From an uncultured Candidatus Rokubacteria bacterium (GTDB taxonomy: Bacteria > Methylomirabilota > Methylomirabilia > Rokubacteriales > CSP1-6): 64,000 bases of DNA. A model generated the notes under the pieces. The model did not search any database and was not told the origin of the DNA. It saw only the letters and a program-made list of their open reading frames with translations. Within the stretch, counting starts at the first letter, position 1; every line of letters starts with the position of its first letter. Location: assembly GCA_963747235.1 (NCBI GenBank), contig CAVVEU010000033.1, positions 223,282 to 287,281 of the forward strand, written 5' to 3'. Below are positions 60,959-64,000 of this stretch, in pieces. Made by a program: the position numbers and the translations under genes.

Positions 60959-61083
60959 GCGATCCTCCCTCGGAAGTGGTCCCGCCAAGTGCCCCGCATA
61001 GTGCCCCAAGGGGCGCGGCTTGGCAACGGCCTCGCGCGGGGCTAAGATCGCGGGGTCTCTCACCGAACCAGGAGGAACTCGAG

Positions 61084-62140
61084 ATGGCCAAGCGGATGCT
61101 CTTCATCGGCGCGGGTGCGATCGGCAGCTACCTGGGCGCGTTCCTCGCGCGGGCCGGCCACGAGGTCACCCTGGTGGATCCGTGGCCCGAGCAGGTCGAG
61201 ACTTTGAAGCGTCAAGGTATCGCGGTCAGCGGCCCGCACGATCCCTTCGAGGCCAAGCCGGTCGCGATCCACGTGCACGAGCTGCAGCGCCTCGGCGTCC
61301 GACTTCGACATCGGGTTCATCGCGATGAAGGCGTACGACACCGCGTGGGCCACCTGGATGGCGCTGCCCCATCTCAAGCCCGAGGGCTACCTGGTCTCCG
61401 CCCAGAACTGCTGGAACGATCCGATCCTGGCGGGCATCGCGGGCGCGGAGCGCTCGGTCGGCCTCATCATGTCGAAGATCGGCGTCGCCCTCTGGAAGCC
61501 GGGCCAGGTGGAGCGCGGGATGGAGAAGGGTCAGGGCGCCGGCCACGATGTCTTCCGCGCGGGCGAGCACGACGGGCGCATCACCGAGCGGGTCACCGAG
61601 CTGGCCGACATCATGAGCGTGGTGGACGGCGCGCGGCCCACCGACAACCTGTGGGGCGAGCGCTGGTCCAAGCTCTGCGCGAACTGCATGGGCAACCCGG
61701 TGCAGGCCATGACCGGCCTCGGCTCGGTCGAGATCGCCGAGCAGGCGCGCGGGCGCGAGATCACGATCCGCATCGCGCAGGAGTCCGCCGCGGTGGGGCT
61801 CAAGCTCGGCTACCGCATCCCCAAGTTCAACGGCCGCGAGGCCGAGCAGTGGGCGCAGGCCGGCCGCCCCGACGTGTACGGAGAGCTCGACGCCGCGCTC
61901 ACCCCCAAGGAGGGCGGCTCCGCCCGCAACTGGCGCGCCTCGATGGCCCAGGACGCGATCAAGGGCCGCCGCAGCGAGATCGACTACATGAACGGGCTCG
62001 TGGTGGACAAGGGCCGCGAGGTCGGCGTGCCCACGCCGGTGTCGAGCGCGGTGGTCGCCCTGATGCGCGAGGTGGACGCGGGGACGCGGAAGCCGTCGCC
62101 GGAGCACATCGAGCTCGCGCTCAAGCGCGCCGGGAGCTGA
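61084..62140 (+). CDS. 2-dehydropantoate 2-reductase (ketopantoate reductase PanE/ApbA family), apparent frameshift near 61290
   Basis: MLFIGAGAIGSYLGAFLARAGHEVTLV Rossmann N-terminus; C-domain ..WGERWSKLCANCMGNPVQAMTG.. in a second frame; RBS GGAGGAA. Confidence 0.75.
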
Positions 62141-62161
62141 CCCGGCGCGGGACTAGCCGGA

Positions 62162-62810
62162 TCAGCGGATCGGGGGCAGCTCGCTGACGCGGAGGTTGGT
62201 GAAGAGCACCTCCATGCCCCGCTGGTCCACGTAGAGCCCGAGCGTGCCGCTGGCCTCCGCGGCCAGCTCCGCGGTCGCCACCGGCCGGCCGTTGACGTAG
62301 GCCACGATGGACCGGTCGCGCAGCTCGACGGCCAGCGTGTTCGGGGCGCCGTACTCGGTCTTCACGCTCCGGGTCGCGGTGGGCGGCACCGGGTAGTTCC
62401 ACTTCCCGCCGATCCAGCTCGCCACCCGGTAGGTCCCGTTGGCGGTGAGCCCGAACGTGGCGAAGGTGCGGTTGTCGGCCCCGCCGCGGCTGGCGAACAT
62501 GAGCCCGAACGCGCCCTCGCGCGTGCCCTTGCGCAGCCGGGCGGTCACCTCGATGCGCACGCCGGCCGGGAACGACTCCGGGCGCACCGGACCGAGCAGG
62601 CAGGGGGCGGACGGCGCGATGTTCTCGACGACCAGCCCCTCGTCGGCGTAGCCCGACCGGCAGATGGTGCCGGTGCCGGCCGCCCAGTTGCGCGGCGCGC
62701 GGAGCTCATCGTCGAAGACCACGCGGGGGCCGGCGGCGATCACGGTGCGCGGCTCGGTCGCGGGCGCGCAGGCGGTGGCGAGCGAGCGCCAGCGCCAACG
62801 TCAGGACGAG
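62162..62810 (-). CDS. hypothetical lipoprotein, apparent frameshift near 62745
   Basis: MSRLVLTLALALA-(shift)-ATACAPATEPRTVIAAGPRVVFDDEL.. lipobox; beta-rich 190-aa body; RBS GGAGGCG. Confidence 0.5.
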
Positions 62811-62917
62811 CCGCGACATCGATCGCCTCCAGGTTCGTGAGGGTGAGCACTGCTGGCCGTCGGCCACCTCATCTTTTACACTACACCGGCCTCTAACGAC
62901 AACGAGGGGGTGGACCC

Positions 62918-63967
62918 ATGCGCGGCATCGTCTTCACGGGTAACCGGCAGCTCGAGCTCCGAGACTTCCCCGATCCGACGCCCGGTCCGGGCGAGGTGGT
63001 GCTGGAGATCAAGGCCTCCGGCATGTGCGGGAGCGATCTCAAGTTCTACCGCGCGGACGGCAACGAGACGGCCTCCCTCGGCCTGGGCGGCAGCGGCAAG
63101 AAGGTGATCGCGGGGCACGAGCCCTGCGGGGTGATCGCGGCGGTGGGCCCCGGGGTGCGCGAGACGGAAGGCCGCGTGGGCCAGCGCGTGATGAACCACC
63201 ACTACGAAGGCTGCGGACACTGCAAGCACTGCCGCGTGGGATGGTCGCAGCTCTGCAAGGCCGGCATCACCGTCTTCGGCGCCACCGGCGACGGCGCCCA
63301 CGCGAAGTACATGAAGGTGCCCGCCCGCACCAACGTGCCCCTGCCCGACGAGCTCACCTTCGAGGAGGGCGCGGCGGTGTCCTGCGGCACCGGCACCGCC
63401 TACGGCGCGCTCAAGCGCATCGACGTGTCCGGCCGCGACACCCTGGCCGTGTTCGGCCAGGGGCCGGTCGGCCTCTCCGCCACCATGCTGGGCGTGGCGA
63501 TGGGCGCGCGCGTCATCGCGGTGGACATCGCGGCCGAGCGGCTGGGTCTGGCGAAGGAATTCGGCGCCGACGCGGTCGTCAACTCGCGCGAGACCGACCC
63601 GGTGAAGGCCATCATGGATCTCACCCACGGCGAGGGCGCCGAGGCCACCATGGACTGCACCGGCCTGCCCGAGCCCCGGGTGGCCGCGGTGCGGAGCACC
63701 GCCACGTGGGGACGCATGTGCTTCGTGGGCGAGGGCGGCGCCACCTCCATCGACGTGAGCCGCGACCTGATCCGCAAGCAGCTCACCCTGGTGGCCTCGT
63801 GGACGTTCAGCAGCATGGGCCAGTGGGAGTGCGCGCGCTTCGTGGCCGACCGCAAGATCCCCCTCGGCCGGATCTTCACCGACCATTTCCGCCTCGATCA
63901 GGCCGCGGAGGCCTACAAGCGCTTCGACACGCAGACCACCGGCAAGGGCGTGTTCACCTCGTTCTAG
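62918..63967 (+). CDS. Zn-dependent medium-chain dehydrogenase (threonine/sorbitol dehydrogenase-like MDR)
   Basis: GMCGSDLKFY, GHEPCGVIAAVGPGV, C-x2-C-x2-C-x7-C structural Zn (CGHCKHCRVGWSQLC), GQGPVGL Rossmann motif. Confidence 0.9.
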   Translation: MRGIVFTGNRQLELRDFPDPTPGPGEVVLEIKASGMCGSDLKFYRADGNETASLGLGGSGKKVIAGHEPCGVIAAVGPGVRETEGRVGQRVMNHHYEGCGHCKHCRVGWSQLCKAGITVFGATGDGAHAKYMKVPARTNVPLPDELTFEEGAAVSCGTGTAYGALKRIDVSGRDTLAVFGQGPVGLSATMLGVAMGARVIAVDIAAERLGLAKEFGADAVVNSRETDPVKAIMDLTHGEGAEATMDCTGLPEPRVAAVRSTATWGRMCFVGEGGATSIDVSRDLIRKQLTLVASWTFSSMGQWECARFVADRKIPLGRIFTDHFRLDQAAEAYKRFDTQTTGKGVFTSF

Positions 63968-64000
63968 GATCCAGGAGACGCATCGTGCCCGACGTGAAGA

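Noticed and set aside
1-64000. CRISPR arrays, rRNA or tRNA genes
   Set aside because: No regularly spaced direct repeats of 25-40 bp with unique spacers were seen, and no rRNA-like or cloverleaf-compatible conserved stretches. The only repeats are the dispersed hairpin family and short operator-like motifs. No tRNA scan could be run, so a short tRNA is not strictly excluded.
63986-64000. Possible GTG start with RBS AGGAGA at the window edge
   Set aside because: Only 15 nt available; it cannot be evaluated.

Overview
This is a 64 kb window of very high-GC (roughly 70%) bacterial chromosome. It is densely coding on both strands, and I saw no rRNA, tRNA or CRISPR array.

Content, in order along the window:
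- 0.1-5 kb: an FbpABC/ThiBPQ-type ABC importer and an rluE-like pseudouridine synthase.
- 5-8 kb: an SDR dehydrogenase, an acyl-CoA carboxyltransferase beta gene and an RsbW-like anti-sigma kinase, all on the minus strand.
- 10.4-13.7 kb: a lower-GC islet of small detoxification-type genes (SAM methyltransferase, GNAT, DUF1330, VOC).
- 13.9-15 kb: a FecR-domain protein and an OmpA-like lipoprotein.
- 15-18.6 kb: a partner-switching cluster (STAS antagonist, MBL-fold hydrolase, CHASE2-PP2C phosphatase).
- 18.6-23 kb: a MacAB-like tripartite ABC efflux locus with two FtsX permeases.
- 23-25 kb: a D-aminoacylase.
- 25-30.7 kb: a TonB-dependent iron-uptake locus (TonB-dependent receptor, PiuC, TonB, TPR protein, PepSY protein).
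- 30.8-34 kb: an operon of a coiled-coil hypothetical protein, an SPFH-domain protein with a zinc ribbon, and a roughly 500-aa protein with two zinc ribbons.
- 35.6-40.4 kb: a RidA protein, an acyl-CoA synthetase, a second TonB-dependent receptor coupled to a DUF3830 protein.
- 40.3-41.6 kb: a Sel1-repeat protein and a small signal-anchored protein.
- 43.2-45.8 kb: an ECF sigma factor coupled to an anti-sigma protein that is fused to an O6-alkylguanine-DNA alkyltransferase (MGMT/Ogt) domain and an Ada-type zinc domain, with a membrane sensor protein upstream.
- 45.9-51.9 kb: two Zn-dependent alcohol dehydrogenases, an M28 peptidase, an enolase-superfamily enzyme, a SUI1-like protein, an ABM monooxygenase, a SpoU methyltransferase and a DUF72 protein.
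- 51.8-55.5 kb: a divergent NHEJ pair, ligD and ku.
- 55.6-61 kb: a possible sigma-54-driven small secreted protein, an amidase with a DUF4089-like small protein, and a peptide-type ABC importer.
- 61-64 kb: a ketopantoate reductase, a lipoprotein and a medium-chain dehydrogenase.

The most notable points are these:
- At least five copies of a dispersed palindromic repeat built on the CCCTCTCCCC-TGA-GGGGAGAGGG hairpin are present, one of them inside the ligD interdomain linker.
- About 30 apparent single-base frameshifts interrupt otherwise clearly homologous genes. They are more likely consensus indel errors than real pseudogenes, but I cannot prove that from one sequence. Coordinates for affected genes are therefore given as the inferred full gene span.
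- The two most unusual systems are the ECF sigma / anti-sigma-MGMT-Ada fusion and the SPFH plus double-zinc-ribbon operon with its uncharacterised neighbours.

Taxon cannot be fixed from sequence alone. The gene content and the repeat style are reminiscent of high-GC soil Deltaproteobacteria/Myxococcota-like or similar MAG-derived lineages; this is an inference.
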